Part shown: positions 14,701-28,785 of the stretch, piece by piece
Position numbering within the stretch: the first letter of the stretch is position 1
How the letters are laid out: each line of letters begins with the position of its first letter
Assembly (NCBI RefSeq): GCF_009914755.1
Contig: NC_060936.1
Source: the human T2T-CHM13v2.0 reference genome, Homo sapiens
Length of the DNA stretch: 64,000 nucleotides
Reading direction: 5' to 3' (one strand)
The notes under the pieces: model-generated
Told to the model about the DNA's origin: nothing
Databases searched by the model: none
Seen by the model: only the letters and a program-made list of their open reading frames with translations
Position numbers and translations under genes: made by a program

Positions 14701-15334
14701 TTTTTGCTATTAAAAGGAAATCCATGTGGAGTTTTTATAAAAGAAATACCTGTAAGGATTAATGTAGGTGTGAACCAGCTTCTCCAGAGACTTTCCTGAA
14801 TATTTTATGCAAAAAGTAAGTCCTGCCTTTAAAATAAGGAGAAAAAAGTGTAAAAGGTTATGCTGACTATAGTCAATAGGCTAAAATTTTGATAGTACCA
14901 CAAATTTTTCCATTTGTACACACACACTATGCGGTGTGTATGTACATGTGTGAATTCCAGTGTCTAGTATATACTATACTCATACATTGTTTAGTTTTAG
15001 GAAGCTATGTAATATAAATATAGCAAGAAAACTTTATTTTCCCTTGGCAGAAAGTAGAAAACTGAAGAGAGAGTTAAAACATGACCAAGGATCCTGTGGT
15101 TATTCTGGTAGAACCAGTAAAACAGAGAAGTCTGTTCATTCGTGTTGCTTCCACAAACCCACGTGTTTGATGGAAATGAAAGAGGTTATCTTGTCCAAAC
15201 TATAAAAGTATAAAAGACCTTCATACTAAGATAGCCACCAGAGTAAAAAAGTTTCATGTGATTTGCTGTCATATAATTCTGTAGCAGTTAAATTAATGTG
15301 ATCTACCATGATTTTCATTGCATGAGGTTCATTT

Positions 15335-15584
15335 ACTTATTTATTTATTTTTGAGATGGAATCTCGCTCTGCATCCTGGGTTCAAGCGATTCTCCTGCCT
15401 CAGCCTCCTGAGTAGCTGGGATTACAGGTGCGTGCCACCACGCCCGGCTAATATTTTTGTATTTTTAGTAGAGATGGGGTTTCACCATGTTAGCCAAGAT
15501 GGTCTCCATCTCCTGACTTCGTGATCCACCCGCCTCGGCCTCCCAAAGTGCTGGGATTACAGGCGTGAGCCACTGCGCCCCGCC
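15335..15584 (-). mobile_element. AluS(c)-like element with an internal deletion in the right arm
   Basis: ctcgctctg is joined to tcctgggttcaagcg (~50-60 nt missing); TSD gaggttcattt at 15324-15334 and 15585-15595. Confidence 0.9.
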
Positions 15585-15924
15585 GAGGTTCATTTTTAAT
15601 ATTGCTGTCTTACTAAAATGAAGCAGTTACTTTAAGAATGGAAACTAAGTAAGAAAAATTCTCACAACCAGACTTTGTTTTAATCTGTGCTCTATTTTTT
15701 ATGCAATAATTCTTTATTGAAATTGTGCTTTTTATAAGGCTGTGACTTTTCTTTTGCTATGTCACAGACAGGCAATGACATTTATAAGTTAACACTTTAA
15801 ATAGGCTGGTGTTTGAAATAGCATTTTCACTTTGAAAAGTTAATAATATCGTGAAATAAATTCTGTTGCTTTTATCTATAACAAAGTTTTCTCAGAAATC
15901 TGCTTCTCTGTGGTGTTTCTTTAA

Positions 15925-16315
15925 TGTGGTCAAAAAACATATGAAAAAAAGCTCATCATCACTGGTCATTAGAGAAATGCAAATCAAAACCACAATGAGA
16001 TACCATCTCACGCCAGTTAGAATGGTGATCATTAAAAAGTCAGGAAACTACAGATTCTGGGGAGAGGATGTGGAGAAATAGGAATGCTTTTACAGTGTTG
16101 GTGGGAGTATAAATTAGTTCAACCAGTGTGGTGATTCCTCAAGGATCTAGAATCAGAAATACCATTTGACCCAGCAATCCCATTACTGGGTATATACCCC
16201 AAGGATTATAAATCATTCTACCATAAAGACACAAGCACATGTATATTTATTGCAGCACTATTCACAATAGCAAAGACTTGGAACCAACCCAAATGCCCAT
16301 CAGTGATAGACTGGT
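15925..16315 (+). mobile_element. L1PA ORF2 3' fragment without 3'UTR or tail
   Basis: [28 protein letters not shown] motif; ends at tagactgg. Confidence 0.9.
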
Positions 16316-17699
16316 TCCTTACAGAATTGTTTTTAAAAAACGAAATAACTTCTTCATTTGTTATTTTCATCACCTTTAAAGCAAGATAATGCCACTTAGA
16401 TAAGAGGGGTAATTAGCCATTTGATTGATCTGCCATAATAATGCTACACATTCTTTGGACTTATTTGTCATTATGCCTCTCATAAGAAAAGATAATGGAA
16501 GAACAGACCACTGTGCATGGAAAATATAAATATAAAATATACAGTCTCTTCACTTTGTAAGATAAAATAATCAAGAATACTTTTAGTTCATAATTTATTT
16601 CAGTGAAGGTGCATTTGTATCCTGGAGGATCATATTAATATTTTCAGAGCAATAGAATTGTGTGATGTTTTACAACAGTTCTACTCAATTAGAATCCCTG
16701 TTTTATGCTTTAAAATGTTGCTATGTCAGTTTCATGGCTTTCTAAAGACTTTAGAGTTCTCAGTATACCTACAAATAGCAATGACTGTCTACATATACAA
16801 AAGATTCAGTGAATATGGTAAAACTATAAGTTGATGAGTGTTTAGGAGATAACCTATTTTTTTCTGACAAGTTTGTTTTTCTGTCTATTTGATCATTGTT
16901 TTTCATCTTTGTTGTTTACCTGGATGATCTCCCACTAGCTGGAAATTCAAAAGCCATTTCTCAGTGAGCCCTCTCACTTCCTTGATTTTATAACTATTAC
17001 TGAAGCTTCACCCTAAGACAGTTACTTTTCCCTCACCAAGCACAAATGTGAATGTGGTGTTGTACCTTCAGAATCCCCTATCAGCTATGCTAGTCCCCTC
17101 CATATTTGTTACCTTAACTCTGTGGCTCTCAGGACACTGGAGCCAGTGTTTCTGTGAGGTGGGTATTTGTGAAGGAATATGTAGACTGGAGAAGGCTACT
17201 CACAGATCCCTCAGATAAGAAGAATGTTGATGGGAAGCTCTTAGGGAAGGGATAAGGACAGCAGAGATGTCCCACCTAATTGCTGCAAGGGAAGTAAAGG
17301 ACTGAGCAACTTTTATTATTTTGATAGTGTATGTATGTCAGAAGGATGAAACTGCTCACAGAACCATAGAAATCTGAAAAAACAGATGCTTTTTCTAGGT
17401 AACATAAAACCAACAGAAAAAGAAAAAAATATAAAGATGTGGTTTGAATATATGAAAATCATACCAAATGTCATCATTTATATGGATGATCACTAAAAGA
17501 ATTGAAAATAAATAATAATAATAACTAGCATATACTACAGCTTTTTAGCATTTACTAAAGTTTTAAGCATTCTATAAAAATTACATCTAAGCTTCACAAC
17601 AACCTTATGAATTATGTACAGATATTATAATTTGCCCCAAAAGTGACAGAGCTGGGATTAGAAACCTAGCAGTATAATTCCAAAATATGTGCTCTGGGG

Positions 17700-18270
17700 A
17701 TAGTAGATGATAAAGAAACGAATGAGAAACAAGCCAAAGAAAATACCAGCTTTGAAGATGCTTGTCAAGAAGTAAAATACTATGACAAAAAGAAACGAGT
17801 GTTTAGGTGGCTACTTTTGCCTGGGAGTTTAGAGAACTCTCTGAGGTTTAAGCGGAACACTATATAACGAGAAGCCAGTAAAGGAAAGAGACCAACTAAT
17901 CCAAAGGCTGCACAGCAGAAAGGAGGCTGTTATGATCCAGAAACAAAGGAAGGGCCAGAGTGAAAATGGTACCACATGACTTTGGAGAAGGGAACAAGGT
18001 GTAGATCATGTAGTGGGGCTAAGGTAGGGTATTCGGATTTCATTCTAAGTGCAATGACACACTACTGGAAGAAGTGAGTGATAGGATCTGGTTTAAGTTT
18101 AAAAGGTCATTTTTGGCTGCTCTGTGGAGCATGTATCATAGAGAGGCAAAACTAAAAGCAGTAATTCCAGTTAGAAGGCTATGTCAGTGGTTTGGGTGAG
18201 AGAGGGCAGAGCTTTGACTAGAAGGTGAATAGTGAAGATGGAGACAAGTGAACCCGTTTGGGAAATAGTT
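17700..18270 (-). mobile_element. L2 remnant
   Basis: ggatttcattctaagtgcaatg..cagttagaaggctat..tttgactagaaggtg..gatggagacaag resembles L2. Confidence 0.65.
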
Positions 18271-18284
18271 TCTTTTTTCCAACC

Positions 18285-20045
18285 TTTATTTTTTTATTGA
18301 GGTGAAATTGACATAACATAAAATTAACCATTTTAAACTATACAATTTAGTAGCATTTAGGGCTTTCATAATACTGTACAACCACTCTCTCTGATTCTGA
18401 AACATTTTCATCACTCCAAAAGAAACGCCCTACCTATTATGCAGTTGCTTCCCATTCTCCCCTTCCCCAGGCCCTGGAAAACATCAGTCTGTGTTCTCTC
18501 TTTATTTATTTACCTATTCTGGATATTTCGATAAATAGAATAATACACTATGTGGTATTTTTAGCTAGTCTTTCACTTAGCATAATGCTTTCAAGGTTTG
18601 TCCATTATGGAGCATTTATTAATCATTCATTACTTTTTATTCACAAGTAATATTCCATTGTATGGATAAAGCAAATTTTATTTACCCATTCATGACTTGA
18701 TAGATATTTGGGTTGTTTCTACTTTGGGGCTATTAGCAATAATGCTGCTATGAACATTCACATACTTTATCTATGGATATATGTTTTTATTTCTCTTGGG
18801 TGTATAGCTAGAAGTGAAATTGCTGAATAGTATGGTAAACCTATAACATTTTGAAAAAACTCCTGGGTAATATAGTAACATTTAACATTTTGAAGAACTA
18901 CCAAACTGCTTACCAAACTGGCTATAGCAGTTTGTAATCCTACCAGCAATGAATGATGGTTCTAATTGTTCTCTATCCTCTTAAACATTTATTATCGTCT
19001 GTCACGTTTATTGTAACCATCCTAGTGGATGTGAACTGCTATCTCATTTTGATTTGCATTTTCCTAATGACTATACTGAGCATCTTTTTATGTGCTTACT
19101 GGCCATGTTTATATCTTTCCTGGAGAAATGTCTATTTAAAATATTTACCCATTTTTAAATTGGGTTATTTGTCTTTTTATGGTTGAGTTGTAAGAGTTTT
19201 TATATATTCTGCATATAAGGCACATATCTGATAAGTGATTTGCATGTATTTTCTCCTAGTTTGTGGCTTGCATTTTCAATTTATTTTGCTGTCCTTTGAA
19301 GCACATATGTTTTTAATTTTGATGAAGTTCAATTTATCTGTATTTTCTTTGGTCAGACTTCAGGTATCACATTTAAGAAACAGTTGTCTAGCTCAAGTTG
19401 ACAAAGATTTATTCCTATAATTTCTTCATGAGTTTTATAGCTTTAGCTCTTATATTTAGGTTGTTGATCCATTTTGAGTTATTATATATGGTATAGGATA
19501 GTATCTAACTTCATTATTTTGCATGTGATTTTCCAGTTGTCCCAACACCATTTGTTGGAAAGATTATTCTTTTCCCCATTGTATAGTGTTGGCAGCCTTG
19601 TCAGAAATCAATTGACCATGGATGTATATATATGGGTTGCTTTTTGGATTCTCAATTCTGTTTTGCCTATGTATATATCTTTCTTTATGCCAAGGGTCCC
19701 TTGCATTTCCATATGAATTTTAGGATTAGCTTGTCAATTTCTGCCAATAAAGCAGCTGGGATTTTGGTAGGGATTATATTGAATATGTATATCAATCTGA
19801 AGAGTATGTCCATCTTAACGGTGTTAAATCTTTCAACACATAAACATAAAATATATTTCTTTTTATCTTCGTCTTCTTTAATTTTTTCAACTATGTTTTG
19901 TAATTTTCCGTGTATGGGCCTTGACTTATTATGTTACATTTATTTTTAAATATTTAGTTCTTTTTGATGTTATCATAAATGAAATCTTTTTCTTAATTGC
20001 ATTTTTAGATTGTTCATTACTAGTGTATAAGAAATAAAATTGATT
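18285..20045 (-). mobile_element. L1MB 3' portion
   Basis: tttattgaggtgaaattgacataacataaaattaaccattttaaa 3' terminus followed by decayed antisense ORF2. Confidence 0.85.
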
Positions 20046-20770
20046 ATTTAAAAATAGTTAAGGTATGATTGACATACAAAAAGTTGTACATATTTAATAT
20101 ATACCACTTAATGAATTTGGAAATAAGAATACACTGTGAAACCATCAACCACAATCTATGCCATGAACTTGTTCATCCCCTCTAAAAGTTTGCTCCCAAT
20201 TTCTTTATTATTATTTGTATGATAAGAATAATTAATGTTAAGATTTACTTTGTTAGCAAAATTGTAAGTTTACAACACAATATTGTTAATTATAGGCACT
20301 ATGCTGTCCAGTAGATCTCTAGGACTTACACACCTTGTATAACCAAAGTTTATACCTTTGACCCTCCTTTCTCCCTCCAAGTCCCTAGCAACCATTCCAT
20401 TCACTGCCTCTATGAGTTTGACAATTTTAGATTCATCTTATAATTGGTATCATGTAGTATTTGTCCTTTTGTGTCTGACTTACTTTATTCAACATAAGCC
20501 TGAATACCTTAAAAAAGAAGGAAATGCTGTGATTTTTGATAACATGGATGAAGCTGGAGGACATTATGTATGCCATGTTTTCCTTGTCCATTATTCATCA
20601 GTGGACATTTAGGTTGTTTCTATGTCTCAGCTACTGTGAACAATGCTGCATTGAACATGGGAGTGCAGATAGCTCTTTAACATACTTATTTCATGTCCTT
20701 TGGATATGTACCCAGTAGTGGGATTCCTTGACCATATGGTAGTTCTATGTTTAATTTTTAATGATTTTTA
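20046..20770 (-). mobile_element. L1MA9/10-like 3' end containing a micro-inversion
   Basis: aggtatgattgacatacaaaaagttgtacatatttaat..ctatgctgtccagtagatctctagg. Confidence 0.75.
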
Positions 20771-20806
20771 TAAAGGTTATGGGTCTGTAATTTTCCTTTG
20801 TTGTAG

Positions 20807-21169
<363 letters not shown>

Positions 21170-21200
21170 TGAAGTCATTTTTAAAAATTATGAGAAATAC

Positions 21201-21318
21201 TACATATGTATGAGTTTATCATATATAGAAGAGTGTATTATAAATATATTTGTTACATATTACATATGTATGAGTTTATCATTTATAGAAGACTATTATA
21301 AATATATTTGTTACATAT
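21201..21318. repeat. Tandem duplication of a ~60-bp AT-rich unit
   Basis: tacatatgtatgagtttatcat(a/t)tatagaaga..tattataaatatatttgttacatat at 21201-21260 and 21261-21318. Confidence 0.9.
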
Positions 21319-22969
21319 ATGTATACTATACAGTATATGTTTCTATGTTTAATATAGGTATACTAACAACTCTCACATTGTTGGCAAACTAGTAGGTGTA
21401 TGCAAATGTATCTTTGTGGTTTAAATTTTAATTTCCTTGAAATCTAATAAGTATGAGCACTATTTTATATTGAAATTGGCCCATAGTCTTCCTTTTCTAA
21501 TAAGTGTCAAGTACCCACCACTCAGGTCAAGAAATAGACAAGTATAGGGACCCCAAAAACCTCTGTTGTTTCCCTCCCAGATCACAGTTCCCTCCTCCCT
21601 TAAGATAGCCATAATTTGTGCTTTGTAATAATCAGTTACTTGGTTTCCTTTAGTTTTACCAACCTTACATGGATCCCTAAATAATATAGTCGATTATCCA
21701 TTTCTGAATTTTATCTAAATAAATACATACTTTTATCTCTTGCTTTTTTTCACTCAACATTACATTTAAGAGATTCATCTCTGTTATTTTTATACCTGTA
21801 TCTGGTATCTAAGGCAAGTTTTCTCCTTTCTCTATTGTCTGACATTCAAACTGGATTGCTTTTGGGTTAGCTATGTGATAATTTTATTACTCTAAAAGTA
21901 ACACATGCAAATGGTAAAAACAAAAATAAAAATTCAAGTAACACCAAAAGGCATAAATTTAAAAGGAAAACACTACCACCCCAATCCACACTCCTTAATG
22001 ACTACACAACCCTTCTTGTAATTGACTCCTTTTGTTTTAAAATCCTAAATTATTCTATTATGCTAATTTTAAAAATGTATCCGTTTCACACAGTAATTAT
22101 TAACAACACACAATCAGTGATAGGAAATTTACTGTCTTATATTACTACCCTCTACTGCCCCTCCCAGACTACTTTTTGCAATTATTCTTATTTTTTTTTT
22201 AGTTTTGTTTTTTCTATTCTTATCTTTAAATAATGGCTCCATGTTTCTCTCTACCTCGTCTCCCTTCCTCATCGTCTACATTTTTATGAGCTATGTTGTT
22301 TTCACATTGTTAAAATTAAACATTCTCTCATTGGAATTATGATTACCTTCGATTTTGTTTATTGATTCAGCCCAACATTTGTAAATCCACTAATTATATT
22401 TATATTATGTTATATTTTTCAATTTGAGGAATGATACTTTCCAAGTCCTCATTGGGTCAAAACAGATACTTATGTTTCTATATCAGCACATATGCTTCTT
22501 ATCACTTAATACTACCAAACAAAGCAGAGAAAATTATTGTCAATAAGAAATCTGGTTTTGTGGATTACAGATATCATCTCTGGATAAAAAGAAATCTTAA
22601 CAGTCTTATAATTTGAAAGAAAATTTCCCCAACTACTTGTTAGTGGGATAATTTATAGTAGCTTTATCTTGGAATACCTGTGAAACGACCTGGAAAAAGA
22701 AGACTAAAGAATGACTAAATTGTTGTCATTTAAGTGCAATAATAACAAATATATTTTTCAGTGTTATTTCACATTCATTATTTCATTTAACCTTCACAAC
22801 AAAACCATAATTAGGCACACCCAAATAGCACAGTGTCTAAGAGCTTTGGTGTTGGAGTCATAGAGATTAGGGTTTAAATTTAAACTCCATATTTAATAAC
22901 TTTGTAATGTTAAACAGGCTACTTAATCTCTCAAAGTATAATGCTCCTTACACAGAAAGAGGTTGTTAA

Positions 22970-23885
22970 TAGTTTCTTTCAGCCATGTTTTGTAGTTTTC
23001 CCTATAGAGGATTTTCACCTCCTTGGTTAGATACATTCCTAAGTATTATATATTTATTTATTTATTTGCAGCTATTGTAAAAAGGGGTTGCGTTCTTGAT
23101 TTGATTTTCAGCTTGGTCGCTGTTGGTGTACAGCAGAGCTACTGATTTGTGTGCATTAATTTTGTATCCTGAAACTTTGCTGAATTCATTTATCAGTTCT
23201 GTAGCTTTTTGGAAGAATCTTTAGGATTTTCCAGGTATACGATCATATCATCGGTAAAGAGTGACAGTTTTACTTCCTCTTTACTGACTTGGATGCCCTT
23301 CATTTCTTTCTCATGTCTGATTGCTCTGGCTGGGACTTCCAGTACTATTTTGAATAGAAGTGGTGAGAGTGGGCATCCTTGTCATGTTCCAGTTCTCAAA
23401 GGGAATGCTTTCAACTTTTCTCCATTCAGTATTATGTTTGCTGTGGGTTTGTCATAAACAACTTTTATTACATTAAAGTATGTCCCTTCTATCCCAATTG
23501 TACTGAGGGTTTTTAATCATAAAGAGTTGCTGGATTTTCTCGGATGCTTTTTCTGCATCTATTGAGATGATCATGTGATTTTTATTTATAATTATGTTTA
23601 TCTAATTTTTGTTTTTAATTCTGTTTATGTTAATTCTGTTTTAATTCACATTAAACAATACATTAAAAAGATCACTTGTGTTTGTTAAACCATCCCTGTT
23701 TCCTGGGTATGAAACCCACTTGACCATGGTGGATCATATTTTTGATATGCTGTTGGATTTGGTTAGCTAGTATTTTGTTGAGGATTTGTGCATCTATGTT
23801 CATCAGGGATATTGGTCTGTAGTTTTGTTTTTTTGTTATGTCCTTTCCTGGTTTTGGTATTAAGATGATACTGGCTTCATAAAAT
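22970..23885 (-). mobile_element. L1 ORF2 (RT region) fragment within a MIR
   Basis: Antisense ORF2 text ([20 protein letters not shown]); MIR core resumes at tatttacctcatagg. Confidence 0.85.
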
Positions 23886-24892
23886 GATAGTATTTACCTC
23901 ATAGGATGTGTTTGAAAAGTGAGTATATGGGTATAGTAATATAATTTTAACTACCTAATAAATTTTAGCTTTTATAATCATTGTCTCCTTCTGCCCATTC
24001 TGCTTTTCCTTCTTCTCCTTCTTCATTTCATAGATTAAGAAATTAGGCCTGAGAGCATAACTGTCTTTTCCAAGTACACATAAACAGTACAAAAAATATA
24101 CATATAGGCCACTGGAACAGAATAGGGAGCCCAGAAAGAAATCCATCCATTTACGGTCAATCAATTTTTGACAAAGATGCCAAGAAAATACAATAGGGAA
24201 ACAAGCATCTTTTCAATACGTGATGCTAGAAAAACTGACAGTCCACATGCTGAAGAATGGTTTTTGATCCTCCACTCATATCATATTTAAAAATCCACTT
24301 AAAATTGTTTAAGGTCTTAAAGATAAGACCTGAAACTATAAAACTACTAGAAGAAAACATAGGGAAATGTTCCATTATATTCTGGGATAATACTCAAGAT
24401 GATCAAAACACAGGCAACAAAAGCAAAAACAGACAAATGAGATTACATCGAGCTAAAAAATCTTCTGCACAGCAAATAATCAATAGAGAATAAATAACTC
24501 ATAGAATGAGGGAATATATTTCCAAACGGTATATATGATAAGGGGTTAATATATGAAATATATAAGAAACTCACACAGCTCAATAGCACAAAAACAAATA
24601 GACTGATAAAGAAATGGACAAAGGAGCTAAATAGACATTTCTCAAAAGAAGACATACAGAAATCCAACACATATGTGAAAAAATGCCCAACATCTCTAAT
24701 CATCAGGGAAATGCAAATAAAAACCTTGAGCTATCACCTCATACTCGTTAGAGTGGCTGCAATCAAAAAGATGAAAGATAAGTATTGGTAAGAATGTAGA
24801 AAAAAGTGGAACCTTATTCACTGTTGGTGGTATGTATATTGGTACAACCATTTTGGAACACATTATGGAGGTTCCTCAAAAAATTAAAAATA

Positions 24893-27800
24893 AGAAATCC
24901 AAAAGCTAAACAGACTCAATAACAAGTAACAAGATCAAAGCCATAATAAAAGTCTCCCCATAAAGAAAAGCCCAGGACCTAATCACTTCACCACTGAATT
25001 CTATCAGACATTTAAAGAACTAATACCAAAACACCAAAAGCAATGGCAACAAAAGCCAAAATTGACAAATGGGATCTAATTCAACTAAAGAGCTTCTGCA
25101 CAGCAAAAGAAACTACCATCAGAGTGAACAGCCCACCTACAGAATGGGAGAAAACTTTTGCAATCTACTCATCTGACAAAGGGCTAATATCTAGAATCTA
25201 CAAAGAACTCAAACAAATTTACAAGAAAAAAACAACCCCATCAACAAGTGGGCGAAGGATATGAACAAGACACTTCTCAAAAGAAGACATTTATGCAGCC
25301 AACAGACACATGAAAAAATGCTCATCATCACTGGCCATCAGAGAAATGCAAATCAAAACCACAATGAGATACCATCTCACACCAGTTAGAATGGCGATCA
25401 TTAAAAAGTCAGGAAATAACAGGTGCTGAAGAGGATGTGCAGAAATAGGAACACTTTCACACTGTTAGTGGGACTGTAAACTAGTTCAACCACTGTGGAA
25501 GACAGTGTGGCGATTCCTCAGGGATCTAGAACTAGAAATACCATTTGACCCAGCCATCCCATTACTGGGTATATACCCAAAGGATTATAAATCATGCTGC
25601 TATAAAGACACATGCACACGTATGTTTATTGTGGCGCTATTCACAATAGCAAAGACCTGCAACCAACCCAAATGTCCAACAATGATAGATTGGATTAAGA
25701 AAATGTGGCACATATACACCATGGAATACTATGCAGCCATAAAAAATGATGAGTTCATGTCCTTTGTAGGGACATGGATGAAGCTGGAAACCATCATTCT
25801 CAGCAAACTATCACAAGGACAGAAAACCAAACACCGCATGTTCTCACTCACAGGTGAGAATTGAACAATGAGAACACTTGGACACAGGAAGGGGAACATC
25901 ACACACCAGGACCTGTTGTGGGGTGGAGGTGGGGGGATAGCATTAGGAGATGTACCTAATGTAAATGATGAGTTAATGGGTGCAGCACACCAACATGGCA
26001 TATGTATACATATGGAACAAACCTGCATGTTGTGCACATGTACCCTAGAACTTAAAGTATAATAAATATACATATATATATATATTTAAAAAGAACTAAT
26101 ACCAATAGTACTCAAATTATTCTGATAAATAGAGGAGGAAGGAATACTTCCAAACTCATTCTACAAGGACAGTATTACCCTGACACCAAAATCAGACAAG
26201 AACACATTGTAAAAAGAAAACTACAGGCCAGTATATCTGATGAATATTGATGCAAAAATTCTCAACATAATACTAGCAAACCAAATTCAACAATAAATTA
26301 AAAAGATCATTCATCATGACCAAGTGGGATTTAGCCCTGGGATGCCAGGATGGTTCAACATATGCAAATCAATCAGTGTGATATATCATGTCAGCAGAAT
26401 GAAGGACAAAATCATATGATCATTTCAATTGATGCTGAAAATGCATTTGATAAAATTCAACATTCCTTTATGATAAAAAATGGAATCCTCAAAAAACTGG
26501 GTATAGAAGGAACACACCTCAGCATAATAAAAGCCATCCAAACAGACCCAAAACTAGTATCATACTGAATGGGAAAAAACTGAAAGCCTCTCCTCTAAGA
26601 TCTGGAACATGACAAGAATGCCCACTTTCAACACTGTTGGTCAACATAGTACTGGAAGTCCGAGAAATCAGACAAGAAAGAAATAAAGCGTGTCCAAATT
26701 GGAATGGAATAAGTCAAATTATCCTTGTTTGCAGATGATATTATCTTATATTTTGAAAAACCTAAAGACTCCACAAAAAAACTATTAGAAATGATAAATT
26801 CAGTAAAGTTGCAGGATATGAAATCAACATACAAAAATCAGTAGCATTTCTATGTGCCAACAGTGAACCATGTGAAATAGAAATTTTAAAAAGTAATCCC
26901 AGTGGCCACACACACAAATAAATACCTAGCAATTAACTTTACCAAAGAAGTGAAAGAACTTAGTAATGAAAACTATAAAACACTAATGAAAGAAATTGAA
27001 GAGGACACCAAAAAATGGAAAGAGAGTCCATGTTTATGGATTAGAAGGATCAATATTGTTTAAATGTCCATAGTACCCAAAGCAATCTACATATTCAATG
27101 CAATCTCTATCAAAATACTAATGACATTCTTCACAAAAATAGGAAAAGCAATTCTAAAAATATATGTAACAACAAGAGACCCAGAACAGCCAAAGCTATA
27201 TTAAGCAAAAAGAACTAAACTGGAGTAGTTGCATTACCTGTCTTCAAATTAGGCTATAGAGCTATAGTAACCAAAACAGCATACTACTGGCATAAACACA
27301 GACACATAGACCAATGGAACAGAATAGAGAACCCAGAAACAAATTCATACAGCTACAGTGTACTCATTTTTAACAGACGTGCCAGGAACATACACGTTGG
27401 AAAAGATAGTCTCTTCAATACATGGTGCTAGGAAAACTGGATATAAATACTCGGAAGAATGAAATTAGACCCCTATCTCTCACCACATTAAAATCATATC
27501 AAAATGGATTAAAGATTTAAATCCAAGACTTCAGCCTATGATACTACTAATAAGAAAACATTGGGGAAACTCTCCAGAACATTGGTCTGGGAAAAAGTTT
27601 TCTGGAGTAATACCCCAGAAGCAAAGGCAACCAAAGGAAAAGTTGGCAAATGGGATCACATGAAGTTAAAAAGCTTCTGCACAGCAGTGGAAACAATCAA
27701 CAAAGTAAAAATCCCACAGAATGGGAGGAAATGTTTACAAACTACCCATCTGACGATGAATGACTAGAATATATAAGGAGTTCAAACCACTCTATAGAAA

Positions 27801-28785
27801 AAAAGTTGAATAACCCGATCAAAAAATGGGCAAAAGTTTTGAGTAGACATTTCTCAAAAGAAGACATGCAAATGGCAAACAGGCAGATGAAAAGGTGCTA
27901 AACATCGTTGATCATCAGAGAAATGCAAATCAGAACTGCAGTGAGATGTCGTCTCACCCCAGTTAAAATGGTTTCTATCCAAACGACAGACAATAACAAA
28001 TAATGAAGATGTGGATCAAAGGGAACCCTCATACACTGTTGGTGGCAATGTAAATTAGTGCAACTGTTATGGAGAACAGTTTGGAGGTTCTTCAGAAAAC
28101 TAAAAATAGAGCTACCATATGATCAAGCAATCCCACTACTAGGTATATATCCAAAAGAAAGGAAATCAGTATATCAAAGATATATCTGCAGTCCCATATT
28201 TGTTGCAGCACTGTTCACAATAGCCACGATTTGGAAGCAATGTAAGTGTTCATCAACAGATGAACAGATAAAGAAAATGTGGTACATATATATAATGGAG
28301 TACTATTCAGCCATTAAAAAGAATGAGATCCTGTCGTTTGCAATGACATGGATGGAACTAGAGATCATTATATTAAGTGAAATAAGCCAAGCACACAAAT
28401 AAGAACATCGCATGTTTTCACTTATTTTTGGGATCCAAAAATCAAAACAATTGAACTCATGGACATAGAGAGTAGAAGGATGGTTACCAGAGTCTGGAAA
28501 GGCTTGTGGGGGCGGGGAGGTGGGAATGGTTAATGGGTACAATAGAGATAGTGAGGAAGAATGAATAAGACCTACTATTTTATAGCACAAAAGGGTAACT
28601 ATAGTCAACAATAAGTGTATATTTAAAAATAACTAAAATAGTATAATTGCATTGTTCGTAAGACAAGGCATAAATGCTTGAAGGGATGGATAGTTCAATT
28701 TTTATGATGTGATTATTATGCATTGCATGCCTGTATCAAAACATCTTATGTATCCCATAAATATATACACCTACTACATACCCAC
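24893..28785 (+). mobile_element. L1MA1-3-like 5'-truncated element (middle of the nest)
   Basis: Long decayed ORF2 with RT motif ttgtttgcagatgata at ~26726; 3' end atatatacacctactacatacccac; flanking repeat aaaaattaaaaata at 24879-24892 and 28786-28799. Confidence 0.85.
25030..26089 (+). mobile_element. L1PA (about PA4), 5'-truncated (innermost of the nest)
   Basis: 16-bp TSD aaagaactaataccaa at 25014-25029 and 26090-26105; (TA)n tail. Confidence 0.93.
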
